A program made the position numbers and the translations under genes. Under the pieces are notes generated by a model, which searched no databases, was not told where the DNA came from, and saw nothing but the letters and a program-made list of their open reading frames with translations. DNA of 32,000 bases from Prochlorococcus marinus subsp. pastoris str. CCMP1986 (lineage in GTDB: Bacteria; Cyanobacteriota; Cyanobacteriia; PCC-6307; Cyanobiaceae). This document shows positions 20,415 to 29,393 of this stretch, piece by piece; the first letter of the stretch is position 1, and each line of letters begins with the position of its first letter. The stretch spans positions 1,380,001 to 1,412,000 of the forward strand of contig NC_005072.1 of the NCBI RefSeq assembly GCF_000011465.1, given 5' to 3'.

Positions 20415-23141
20415 TTAGGAATTATTATCAATTCTTTTCGTTGCTGGATTAATATTATCAGAGACTTTTAACAAATCATTCGATTCAGAAACAGGAAATC
20501 TATTTATAGCTTTTAAGGCTAACTTTGCTTTATTTTTTAGTTTATTACTTACTCCTACGCAATATTGAATTTGTGATAAAACATCCATAGACCTTCTTAA
20601 GATCCTTACAACATCCCCCTCATCTAGAGAAGTATTAAAAATTAGTTCTTTCCATTTTTTACCTCTCGCCCATTCTGAAATTATCCCAGTCAACTCCGTT
20701 TCTAAAAAAATTGGAGTGTTAATATTAAACTTATTTTGTTTCGAGGCTACTAATTTTCTTAGGCTCTCTAACTCATTAAAAACATCTATAACTTTTATGG
20801 AAGGCTTAAAATTACACCAAAGATTGGGTCTTCTTACATCCACACAAATTGCTTGAATGATTGCGGCTAAATCAGGAGGGGCCAAATCATCCAAGTATCC
20901 ACTAAGTAAAACAAGTCCAACCCATAATTCATTTTCACTTCTTATTGCACCAACTGATTGCCCTACTTCGGTAAGCTCTAAATCATTTAAACAGCCAAAA
21001 TGATTCAAAATTTTTATTAAATCAGTAAATTTTATCCAGTTATGATTTTCTTTTTCTTCCATAAGATTATTTTTCATAACTATTTCTTGCTCAATCTCGA
21101 TAATCCTTTTTCTATATCTTTTTAATTTTTTAGAGTCACCAAATTTATGCGCAGGCTGATTAGTAATTGTTTCTTCCAAATTAGTAATTAGTTTCTTTTG
21201 TGCCAAAACTTCAGTTGATAGGTCATATTGAGGAGTTCTTAAATCATATTTTTCAGAAATATCAAAAATTCTATCTACAAAAGTTTGTGATTCATTATCA
21301 CCTCTTACAACTTCTCCTGAGAAATTCATCTTGGGTTCTTCAAGCCTCAAAATTTCAATTTCTTCTAGATCAGGAAAAATATTGACTATGTAAGAAGGTT
21401 TTATAAGGATAAATAAATTATCAATTGTTAAACAAAGCAAACTTTTAATTTTTTTTGATTCATATATTTTTTTACAAATTAAAGCTGGAACAACTTTTCT
21501 ATTTATTTGAGGGGCTTTTATGGAAATTAAACTTCCATCTTTAATAAAGGTAAGTGCACTAGTAATTTCTTCTGATAATTTTTCAGCTGCTTGTTTTTCT
21601 AATATCCTCAACAATCTTCTTTCCTCTTTTAAACGACTTTTCAACTTTTCGTATGAATCGAAATCTTGCCATGAAATATTGGAAGTTATTTTTTTTAGTT
21701 CTTTTAAATCTCTTCCTAAATTATAAAGAATAGCAGTCTCTTCTGAAGATTCCCCTAAATATAAAAAGCTCCCAAAACTTCTTTTTATTAACTCTCGAGA
21801 TTTATCTAAACTATAGTTTTGCAAAAGGTTAAGAACCATTCCATAGCTTGGTGTGAACTGACTAACTAGTGGATTTGGTTCACTAATAGCCAAGGAACTA
21901 GCTTCTTTTGCTCCCTCAAATCTAGTTTGTAAGGTTACAACATATCCCTGTAAATCCTTTCCTCTTCTTCCAGCTCTTCCTGACATCTGCAAGAATTCAC
22001 TACTAAATAATAATCTATGTCCTTCATCAGTCCTTTTTGATAATGTTGAAATTACTGTTGTTCTTGCAGGCATATTAATACCCGCAGCTAAAGTTTCAGT
22101 TGCAAAAACAACTTTTATCAATCCTTGCTGAAATAGTTCCTCTACTAACTCTTTCCATGCTGGAAGCAAACCAGCATGGTGTGAAGCTATACCTCGTTTA
22201 AGAGCTTCACAATGAAATTTATCTTTTATACCCTCTTCATTATTTTTTAGATAAACATCTAATCTTTGAGATATCAAATTTGCTTCTGAATAACTTACTA
22301 AAGATAAATCTTTTATATACTCAACAGCCTTGTCACAACCTCTTCTACTAAAAATAAAATAGATAGCTGGTAACATATTTCTCTCTGCAAGTTTAGAGAC
22401 TACAAAGGCAATCGGAGGCGCCTTTGGTTGCATTATTCTTCCTACTTTACCCTTCTTTTTTTGCCCTTTTGGTGCTCTCCAAATCTTACAATTTGGATGA
22501 ATCCCATTACCCTTATTATTCAAAAGAGGATGAAGTCCCTTGGCACTACAGAAAATAAAATCTAATGGAACTGGTCTTTTATTACTGTTCACAAGTACTG
22601 TAGGACCATGAACTTTTTCTATCCAATTTTGAAGTTGGTCTGCATTTGAGATAGTTGCTGATAAAGCTATTATCTGTGCTCTACTTGGACAATGAATTAT
22701 TGTTTCTTCCCAAACTGTCCCCCTTTGAGGATCGTTCATATAATGACATTCATCAAGAATTACAGATTCCAGATTTACCAATGGGTCATCAAATTCTTCA
22801 AATTCTCCATAGAGCATATTCCTAAAAATCTCAGTAGTCATTACTAAGATTGGAGCATCTCTATTGATACTAATATCTCCAGTTAAGAGACCTACTTTCT
22901 TCTCTCCAAATTGATTAATAAAATCTCTAAACTTTTGATTTGATAAAGCTTTTAAAGGGGTTGTATAAAAAACTCTACTTTCATGGGATAAGCCTCTATA
23001 AATAGCAAATTCACCGATTAATGTTTTACCTGAGCCAGTTGGAGCAGTTAAAACAACAGAATTTCCACTATTAATAGCTTTTATTGCCTCTATTTGAAAT
23101 GGATCTAGTGGGAATGGGAAATATTCCTCTAAATTAAGCAA
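20415..23141 (-). CDS. Ski2-like DExH-box RNA helicase, 908 aa
   Basis: Walker A VLTAPTGSGKTLIGEFAIYR, DECH box (VILDECHYMNDPQRGTVWEE), SATISN, motif VI QMSGRAGRRG; C-terminal DSHCT-like region. Confidence 0.9.
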   Translation of the reverse strand: MLNLEEYFPFPLDPFQIEAIKAINSGNSVVLTAPTGSGKTLIGEFAIYRGLSHESRVFYTTPLKALSNQKFRDFINQFGEKKVGLLTGDISINRDAPILVMTTEIFRNMLYGEFEEFDDPLVNLESVILDECHYMNDPQRGTVWEETIIHCPSRAQIIALSATISNADQLQNWIEKVHGPTVLVNSNKRPVPLDFIFCSAKGLHPLLNNKGNGIHPNCKIWRAPKGQKKKGKVGRIMQPKAPPIAFVVSKLAERNMLPAIYFIFSRRGCDKAVEYIKDLSLVSYSEANLISQRLDVYLKNNEEGIKDKFHCEALKRGIASHHAGLLPAWKELVEELFQQGLIKVVFATETLAAGINMPARTTVISTLSKRTDEGHRLLFSSEFLQMSGRAGRRGKDLQGYVVTLQTRFEGAKEASSLAISEPNPLVSQFTPSYGMVLNLLQNYSLDKSRELIKRSFGSFLYLGESSEETAILYNLGRDLKELKKITSNISWQDFDSYEKLKSRLKEERRLLRILEKQAAEKLSEEITSALTFIKDGSLISIKAPQINRKVVPALICKKIYESKKIKSLLCLTIDNLFILIKPSYIVNIFPDLEEIEILRLEEPKMNFSGEVVRGDNESQTFVDRIFDISEKYDLRTPQYDLSTEVLAQKKLITNLEETITNQPAHKFGDSKKLKRYRKRIIEIEQEIVMKNNLMEEKENHNWIKFTDLIKILNHFGCLNDLELTEVGQSVGAIRSENELWVGLVLLSGYLDDLAPPDLAAIIQAICVDVRRPNLWCNFKPSIKVIDVFNELESLRKLVASKQNKFNINTPIFLETELTGIISEWARGKKWKELIFNTSLDEGDVVRILRRSMDVLSQIQYCVGVSNKLKNKAKLALKAINRFPVSESNDLLKVSDNINPATKRIDNNS

Positions 23142-23184
23142 TAATTGTGATTGAAGAGGGGAGGAGTTAACTTCTTAAGATATG

Positions 23185-23243
23185 ATCTATATAGATATTA
23201 ATAAACAATAGCCACCTTGCACACTTTAATAGTAAATCTAGAT
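23185..23243. promoter_or_regulatory. Two ATCTA-type palindromes in the divergent helicase/bioF intergenic region (candidate operator)
   Basis: ATCTATATAGAT at 23185-23196 (perfect 12-bp palindrome) and ATCTAGAT at 23236-23243 (perfect 8-bp palindrome). Confidence 0.25.
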
Positions 23244-23280
23244 CATTTTATAAAAAATATTTAGTTAAAATTACTTACAA

Positions 23281-24426
23281 ATGAATAGAGTAAAAATCCC
23301 AAAAAATAGACTTCGTAAATTAAAAACATTCACATTAGGTCAAAAGCCATATGAACTTCAAGGTGTAAATCCAAAGAAAGTTAAAAATAACTTTATTGAC
23401 TTATGTAGTAATGATTATTTTGGATTAAGTAGAGATAATGATGTAATAAAAGCCTCTTATGAAATAAGCTTATCTGAAGGTCTTGGTTCAGGCAGTTCGA
23501 GATTCATAACGGGCTCTAGACCAATACATAAATTATTAGAGACACAACTTGCCGAATGGCTTAATCAGGAAAAAGTGCTTTTATTTCCTAGCGGTTTCCA
23601 AGCTAATATTGCTGCCGTGCAAGGTTTAGCTAACAGAAATAGTATTGTAATTGCAGATAAATTTATTCATAATTCTTTATTAGTTGGAGTAAAAGCTGCC
23701 GGATCAAAACTAGTAAGATTCGAACATAATGATCTAAAAGACTTAGAAAATAAAATTCTTAAATTCAATTCATCGCAAAAGTCCATTCTTATAATTGTTG
23801 AATCCCTTTACAGTATGGAAGGTTCAATTGCTCCTCTCAAAGAAATTGCTGGGATTTGTAAAAAGTATAATGTTGAATTATTAGTCGACGAAGCTCATGC
23901 TATTGGGATTTTAGGGACTGAAGGGAAAGGTTTAAGTTTTGATTTATCTGATGAAATAACTATGCTTACTGGAACCTTTGGCAAATCGTTTGGTAGCGGC
24001 GGGGCTTTCATAGCTTGCAACTCAAAAATTGGTGAACACCTTATTCAAACGAGTGGGGCTTTTAGATATACAACTGCTCTTTCCCCAGCTTTATCTGCAG
24101 GTGCACTTAAATCGCTCCAAAAAATCAAAGCCAATCACGAATGGGGGATTAATTTATTGATCTCTTCTAAAAAATGGAAAAAAGAAATTCTTCGAAATTT
24201 AAGTTACCCAGTTAAGGGAGAATCTCAAATCTTATCTATAATTGTCGGACAAGAAGAAAAGGCAATCCTTCTACAAAAACATCTTGAAAAAAACGGTTTT
24301 TTAGCTATTGCTATTAGACCACCTACTGTTCCTGTGAACGAATCAAGAATAAGGCTAACAATTAGAAGAGATTTAAATTTAGACATACTTGATAATTTTA
24401 TTTCTGTTTTAAAAACCTTCAAATGA
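23281..24426 (+). CDS. bioF: 8-amino-7-oxononanoate synthase
   Basis: NDYFGLSRD, GSGSSRFITGSRPIHKLLE, VDEAHAIGILGTEGKG, PLP lysine region GTFGKSFGSGGAF; first gene of bio cluster. Confidence 0.96.
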   Translation: MNRVKIPKNRLRKLKTFTLGQKPYELQGVNPKKVKNNFIDLCSNDYFGLSRDNDVIKASYEISLSEGLGSGSSRFITGSRPIHKLLETQLAEWLNQEKVLLFPSGFQANIAAVQGLANRNSIVIADKFIHNSLLVGVKAAGSKLVRFEHNDLKDLENKILKFNSSQKSILIIVESLYSMEGSIAPLKEIAGICKKYNVELLVDEAHAIGILGTEGKGLSFDLSDEITMLTGTFGKSFGSGGAFIACNSKIGEHLIQTSGAFRYTTALSPALSAGALKSLQKIKANHEWGINLLISSKKWKKEILRNLSYPVKGESQILSIIVGQEEKAILLQKHLEKNGFLAIAIRPPTVPVNESRIRLTIRRDLNLDILDNFISVLKTFK

Positions 24427-25139
24427 AACAAGTTATTACTCAGCATGGTTGGGGGTTAGATCAAAGTTTCTGGGATAATTATAAAATTGAATTTCAAAGA
24501 AATGGATGGCATTGGCAAGATAATGAAAGAGGATATTTTTCAAAAAATATCAATCAAGCAAAATGGATAAAAAACAATTTGAACGATCAAATCAAGTTAA
24601 TTTTATGTCACTCTTTAGGTTTCCATTTAATTCAAGAAAATCTTTTAGATGAAGCATCCCATGTTGTCTTTATAAATTCATTTAATAACTTTCTTCCTTC
24701 AAGCAAAAAAAGAAACTTAATTTACAGATCTCTTAAGAGAATGGAAAAAAAAATAATGTTATTTGAAGCAGAGGTTATGTTAAAAGAATTTATGCATAGA
24801 TCTTTTTTGCCCAATAATATGAGCATTATTTTCCAAACTATGTTTTATAAAAACTTAGAGAATTTAAATAATAATCTTCTATTAAGTGACCTTAAAAAAC
24901 TTTATACAGATAGAAATTCTTTAAAGTCTTTTGAGAAAAATTGCAATGTCATCATTATAAATTCTAAAAACGATTTAATTCTTGACCAAGATTCAAGTGA
25001 TGACTTTATTGAATTATTAAAAAAAACATTAACTAAAAAGCCAACTTTAATTGAATTAGATAATCAAGGGCATTGTCTAACTAATTTAAATTTTTACCAA
25101 ATCATCAAAAGAACTCTGGATAATAAATATGAAAAATAA
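24423..25139 (+). CDS. bioK: Alpha/beta hydrolase, putative pimeloyl-ACP methyl ester esterase (BioH functional analogue, BioK-like)
   Basis: Start overlaps bioF by 4 bp and end overlaps bioC; GWGLDQSFW N-terminus, nucleophile elbow LCHSLGF, acidic region SKNDLILD, GHC near C-terminus. Assignment of the BioK name is by context and family knowledge. Confidence 0.65.
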   Translation: MKQVITQHGWGLDQSFWDNYKIEFQRNGWHWQDNERGYFSKNINQAKWIKNNLNDQIKLILCHSLGFHLIQENLLDEASHVVFINSFNNFLPSSKKRNLIYRSLKRMEKKIMLFEAEVMLKEFMHRSFLPNNMSIIFQTMFYKNLENLNNNLLLSDLKKLYTDRNSLKSFEKNCNVIIINSKNDLILDQDSSDDFIELLKKTLTKKPTLIELDNQGHCLTNLNFYQIIKRTLDNKYEK

Positions 25140-25887
25140 AATCTGGAATGAAACAGTTAAAAATAACTTTAATAATGCTTCAGCAAATTATTTAAGTTAT
25201 TCAAATATTCAAAAGCATTTTGCTGATAAGATTGTTTATTTCTTAAAAGATCTAAATATTCAAAAAGGTGAATGGATAGATCTTGGTTCAGGAACTGGGT
25301 TATTAGCTGATGAAATAGAAAAAGAATTTTCTACAAAAAATATTAGCCGAATTGATTTCAGCAAAAAAATGCTTCTTCAAAATAAGGACTCTAGTAAAAA
25401 GATTTTATGGGATTTAAATAATGGTTTACCTCCATCAATTAGAAACTGTCCTCTAATGACATCTAACTTTTGTATACACTGGTTAGACAATCCCGAAAAA
25501 ATAATAAGAGATTGGTTTAACAAATTAAGATCTGGTGGTTATTTAATAATTTCATATCCCACAATAAATTCATTCCCGGAATGGAAGCAAACTTGCTTAG
25601 AAACTAATATTGAATATAGTGGCTTAACTTTCCCTGTTTCAAAAAATATAGTCAAAAGTTTCAACTCTGACGAAATATTCTTCTCAAATAAATACTTATA
25701 TATAGAAAACTTTCCAGATGTTTATAAACTTTTCAGAAGCATAGTAAACGTGGGAGCTCAATCAACCAAGTGTAAACGTAATAAAGTATGTGAATTAAAA
25801 GCAATACAAAAGTTTTGGCCTAAGACGGCAACTAATTCAGTTAATCTTACATGGGAAATTAATATTGAAATATTAAAAAAATCATGA
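25129..25887 (+). CDS. bioC: Malonyl-ACP O-methyltransferase
   Basis: SAM-binding WIDLGSGTGLLADEIEKEF, NFNNASANYLSYSNIQKHFADKI N-terminus, SNFCIHWLDNPEKIIRDWFNKLRSGGYLIISYP. Confidence 0.9.
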   Translation: MKNKIWNETVKNNFNNASANYLSYSNIQKHFADKIVYFLKDLNIQKGEWIDLGSGTGLLADEIEKEFSTKNISRIDFSKKMLLQNKDSSKKILWDLNNGLPPSIRNCPLMTSNFCIHWLDNPEKIIRDWFNKLRSGGYLIISYPTINSFPEWKQTCLETNIEYSGLTFPVSKNIVKSFNSDEIFFSNKYLYIENFPDVYKLFRSIVNVGAQSTKCKRNKVCELKAIQKFWPKTATNSVNLTWEINIEILKKS

Positions 25888-26546
25888 GCGCTATAAAGAA
25901 TAAATTCCAATTTGTTATTTGTGGGACAGATACTGATATCGGAAAGACATTAATTAGTTCTTTTTTTGTAAGAGGATTAAATTCTTTTTACTGGAAGCCT
26001 ATTCAAAGTGGCATTGAGTCAGAGACTGATAGTCAAGCTGTTGCACGACTTGCAAAAGTGAACAAAGCAAAAATAATCAGTGAAGCTTATATCTTTAGAG
26101 AACCTGTTTCTCCTCATTGGGCGGCAGAAATAGATCAAAAAGTTATAAATTTTCAGCTATTAAATTTACCAAATATCGATGGGTCATTAATTGTAGAAAC
26201 AGCGGGGGGCTTAATGGTCCCAATTACAAGAAATTATTTGCAAATAGATCAAATCAAGAAATGGGATATCCCTGTAATACTTATATGCAAGAGCGGCCTT
26301 GGGACTCTTAATCACACTCTTCTTAGTATTGAGGCATTAAGAAAAAGAAATATTAAAATTCTAGGTCTAGTTATAAACGGAAAAAAACACTTAGATAATC
26401 CAAAAACATTAACTGAATTTAGTAGTCTTCCTATAATTGCGGAATTTCCATATATCCAGAAAATTGACTCTAATAATTTAGATATACTTTGGGAAGAGCT
26501 CAATATTAAAAATAAATTGATCACCTTATTAAATCAAAAAAAATAA
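25884..26546 (+). CDS. bioD: Dethiobiotin synthetase
   Basis: FVICGTDTDIGKTLISSFFVRGL, YWKPIQSG, ETAGGLMVPI. Confidence 0.96.
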   Translation: MSAIKNKFQFVICGTDTDIGKTLISSFFVRGLNSFYWKPIQSGIESETDSQAVARLAKVNKAKIISEAYIFREPVSPHWAAEIDQKVINFQLLNLPNIDGSLIVETAGGLMVPITRNYLQIDQIKKWDIPVILICKSGLGTLNHTLLSIEALRKRNIKILGLVINGKKHLDNPKTLTEFSSLPIIAEFPYIQKIDSNNLDILWEELNIKNKLITLLNQKK

Positions 26547-26549
26547 TAA

Positions 26550-27851
26550 ATGAAATCTCCAGTTTTAAAAAATCCTAATCAAGATTGGCATCCTAATATA
26601 TGGCCGCCTTTTACGCAGATTATAAATAGCAAGCCTCAATTAGAAGTTACTCATGGAAAAAATGCTTTAATTTATACTAAAAATCCAAAACAAGAACTCA
26701 TTGATGGAATAAGTAGTTGGTGGGTTACTCTACATGGTCATAGTAACGATTACATAGCAGATGCAATTTATCATCAAGCCAAGACTCTAGAGCAAGTTAT
26801 ATTCGCCGACTTCTTACATCCACAGGCTCAAATATTATCAGAGAGACTCAGTGGCTTAACTAAATTAGAAAGACTATTTTTTTCTGATAATGGATCTACC
26901 GCTGTAGAAGTAGCTTTAAAAATTGCCTATCAATCTTGGCAAAATCAAGGTGAAACAAGAAACCAAATAATTGCTTTTGATGGTGCTTATCATGGTGATA
27001 CATTTGGAGCAATGGCTTTAGGGGAACGAAATATTTTCAATGAGAATTTTGATAATCTAATGTTCCCTGTTAAAAGAGCCCCATGGCCTTCAACTTGGAT
27101 AAATGATGAAGAGGTTGAAAGAAAAGAGAATAACGCGATTCAAATATTAACTAAACTTCTTAAAAAGCCGACTGTAGCAGTCATTCTTGAACCATTAGTA
27201 CAGGGTGCGGGAGGAATGAATATGGTTAGGCCTGAATTTATCAGACGAGTTTCAGAAGTAGTAAAAAATAATAATTCTTTATTAATAGCTGATGAAGTAT
27301 TAACTGGATTTGGGCGATGTGGAAGTCTCTTTGCATTTCAAAAGGCAAATATAATTCCTGATCTAATTTCTATTTCGAAGGGTTTAACAGGAGGATTCCT
27401 ACCTATGGGAATCACATTAGCTAAAGAGACAATTTTCCAATCTTTTATTAGCGATTCTCCTAAAAAAACTTTTTGGCATGGTCATAGCTTCACTGCAAAC
27501 CCTTTAGGGTGTGCTGCAGCTAATGCGAGCCTTGACTTATTAGAAAAAGATCCAATAAAGTATCTTTCTTTTGAGGAAAAGCACCTTTCCCATCTAAAGA
27601 AAATTAAAAAATTACCATTTGTAAAAAACATAAGAGTCACAGGAACTATCGCCGCATTTGATATTGAAATAGGTAAAAATGAAGGTTATCTAAACAATGT
27701 TGGCAAAAGGATAAAAGCATTATCAATTAAAAAAGGTTTATTTATTAGGCCACTTGGTAATGTTATCTATCTATTACCCCCTCTTTGTATTACAGACAGA
27801 CAGTTAGAAAAAAGTTACAGAATTATTTTTGAAATTTTAAGCGATCTTTGA
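26550..27851 (+). CDS. bioA: Adenosylmethionine-8-amino-7-oxononanoate aminotransferase
   Basis: HPNIWPPFTQ, DGISSWWVTLHGH, FFSDNGSTAVEVALKIA, DEVLTGFGRCG, SISKGLTGGFLPMG, FWHGHSFTANPLGCAAA. Confidence 0.96.
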   Translation: MKSPVLKNPNQDWHPNIWPPFTQIINSKPQLEVTHGKNALIYTKNPKQELIDGISSWWVTLHGHSNDYIADAIYHQAKTLEQVIFADFLHPQAQILSERLSGLTKLERLFFSDNGSTAVEVALKIAYQSWQNQGETRNQIIAFDGAYHGDTFGAMALGERNIFNENFDNLMFPVKRAPWPSTWINDEEVERKENNAIQILTKLLKKPTVAVILEPLVQGAGGMNMVRPEFIRRVSEVVKNNNSLLIADEVLTGFGRCGSLFAFQKANIIPDLISISKGLTGGFLPMGITLAKETIFQSFISDSPKKTFWHGHSFTANPLGCAAANASLDLLEKDPIKYLSFEEKHLSHLKKIKKLPFVKNIRVTGTIAAFDIEIGKNEGYLNNVGKRIKALSIKKGLFIRPLGNVIYLLPPLCITDRQLEKSYRIIFEILSDL

Positions 27852-27860
27852 AAAACAAAA

Positions 27861-28118
27861 TTAAGGCCCCTGTAAAATAGCATTTTCTATATCTTCTCTA
27901 TTAATACAATAAGAAAATAGTCTTTTAGTTAATTTACCTCCACTCTCCCAGACAACACTTAAATCTTCTTGTTCAAAAATAATAGTTGCATTCCAATTAG
28001 AAAGTAACAAATACCATTTAGACGGATTATCAATATCTTTAGTTGCACCTAAATCTTTTAACCATAATTCTAATGATTGAAGTGAATGTTGATTAATTGG
28101 GGTGTCAGATGGGATCAC
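27861..28118 (-). CDS. DUF3143 family protein
   Basis: 85-aa ORF (TPINQHSLQSLELWLKDLGATKDIDNPSKWYLL...), recognised as a small cyanobacterial family from memory. Confidence 0.65.
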   Translation of the reverse strand: MIPSDTPINQHSLQSLELWLKDLGATKDIDNPSKWYLLLSNWNATIIFEQEDLSVVWESGGKLTKRLFSYCINREDIENAILQGP

Positions 28119-28135
28119 AGAATTTCTTTAAATTA

Positions 28136-28582
28136 TTATCTCAAAAGCCAAGTTGGAATTGACTGTATTTCTTTGCCAGCAAAAGAAGCGATTAAGATAG
28201 CTAAAAATAAACTTATCAAAATAATAATAATCAACAAAAATAATGAGAACATTTCTCCATTTGAAAATGGTCTCCTATTTCCTACTAACTGCTGATTATT
28301 AGCATCCATTACTAAAGGATTCAAGACATTTAAATTTGTTTTATTTGGTTTTTTAGAATTTACTTGTAATTTTTCATCATAAATTTTCCTCAAATTAGAA
28401 TTATTTAAATTTTCATAGGCCTCTAATACTTTTTGAAATTTATTTTTTGCATCTTCTAATTCTAAGGAAGTTGTATCAGGATGTAATTCTATCGAGAGTT
28501 TACAAAAAGCTTTTCTTAATTCGTTATTTGAGGCATTTTCATTAACGCCTAAAATCTTATAATAAGTTATCTCGCCTTTCAA
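28136..28582 (-). CDS. J-domain protein with a C-terminal transmembrane segment
   Basis: YYKILGVNENASNNELRKAFCKLSIELHPDTT (HPD motif) and C-terminal FSLFLLIIIILISLFLAILIASF. Confidence 0.88.
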   Translation of the reverse strand: MKGEITYYKILGVNENASNNELRKAFCKLSIELHPDTTSLELEDAKNKFQKVLEAYENLNNSNLRKIYDEKLQVNSKKPNKTNLNVLNPLVMDANNQQLVGNRRPFSNGEMFSLFLLIIIILISLFLAILIASFAGKEIQSIPTWLLR

Positions 28583-28673
28583 AAAAATTTAATTATCATT
28601 AAAAATATTCTAGTCATTTTTGATAAAATTGAATATTTTTAATTATCAAGAATAAGAAACTACTTGAAACTCA

Positions 28674-29393
28674 ATGACAAAAGAAAGTATCCCTAATGAA
28701 CTTCTCAATTTATTAAATGAAGAGGAAATAATAATGTTTAGAGAATTACAGATAAAAATCCAAGAACTAAATTATAAAACCAACTTAACAAGATTAATTG
28801 AAGGAGATGATTACTGGATATCACAAGTCTATGACAGCCTTTGGACATTTAAAGAAAATACAAATAAAAATTTTGATAATAAAAAATTTATTGATATTGG
28901 ATCAGGTTGTGGTTTCCCAGGATTTGCCTATGCGATAACACATCCTAATTCAGAAATATATCTAGTGGATTCCTCTAAAAAAAAAACAGATTCACTAAAA
29001 GAAATTATCAAAAGTATTAAATTCAAAAACGATATATTTGTAATTAATGATCGTATTGAAAACATTGGCCGTCAATCTTCATTTAAAAATGGCTTTAATA
29101 TTGCGACAGCAAGAGCAGTTAGTAATCCTTCAACAGTTTCTGAATATATATTACCTATGTTGAAATCAAATGGATTAGGTATTTTATATTGTGGGAAGTG
29201 GACCAATGAAGATAATAAAAATTTAGAAAAAACATTAAACGTATTAGAAGGGCAAATTTTAGAAATTAAAAGTAATTTTCTTCCCAGAGAAAAAGGGATG
29301 CGTAATGTTATTTTTATTGAGCCAAAAGCATCTTGCCCTGATATTTATCCTAGAAGTATTGGCAAGGCTGAAAAATATCCACTCAAAGGTTAA
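28674..29393 (+). CDS. rsmG: 16S rRNA (guanine-N7) methyltransferase G
   Basis: NLTRLIEGDDYWISQVYDSL, FIDIGSGCGFPGFAYAI, ATARAVSNPSTVSEYILPMLK. Confidence 0.92.
   Translation: MTKESIPNELLNLLNEEEIIMFRELQIKIQELNYKTNLTRLIEGDDYWISQVYDSLWTFKENTNKNFDNKKFIDIGSGCGFPGFAYAITHPNSEIYLVDSSKKKTDSLKEIIKSIKFKNDIFVINDRIENIGRQSSFKNGFNIATARAVSNPSTVSEYILPMLKSNGLGILYCGKWTNEDNKNLEKTLNVLEGQILEIKSNFLPREKGMRNVIFIEPKASCPDIYPRSIGKAEKYPLKG

Noticed and set aside
26117-26524. 64- and 70-aa ORFs within bioD
   Set aside because: Shadow ORFs in a gene with clear BioD motifs.
28086-28295. 69-aa ORF overlapping DUF3143 and J-domain genes
   Set aside because: Overlaps two better supported ORFs on the opposite strand.
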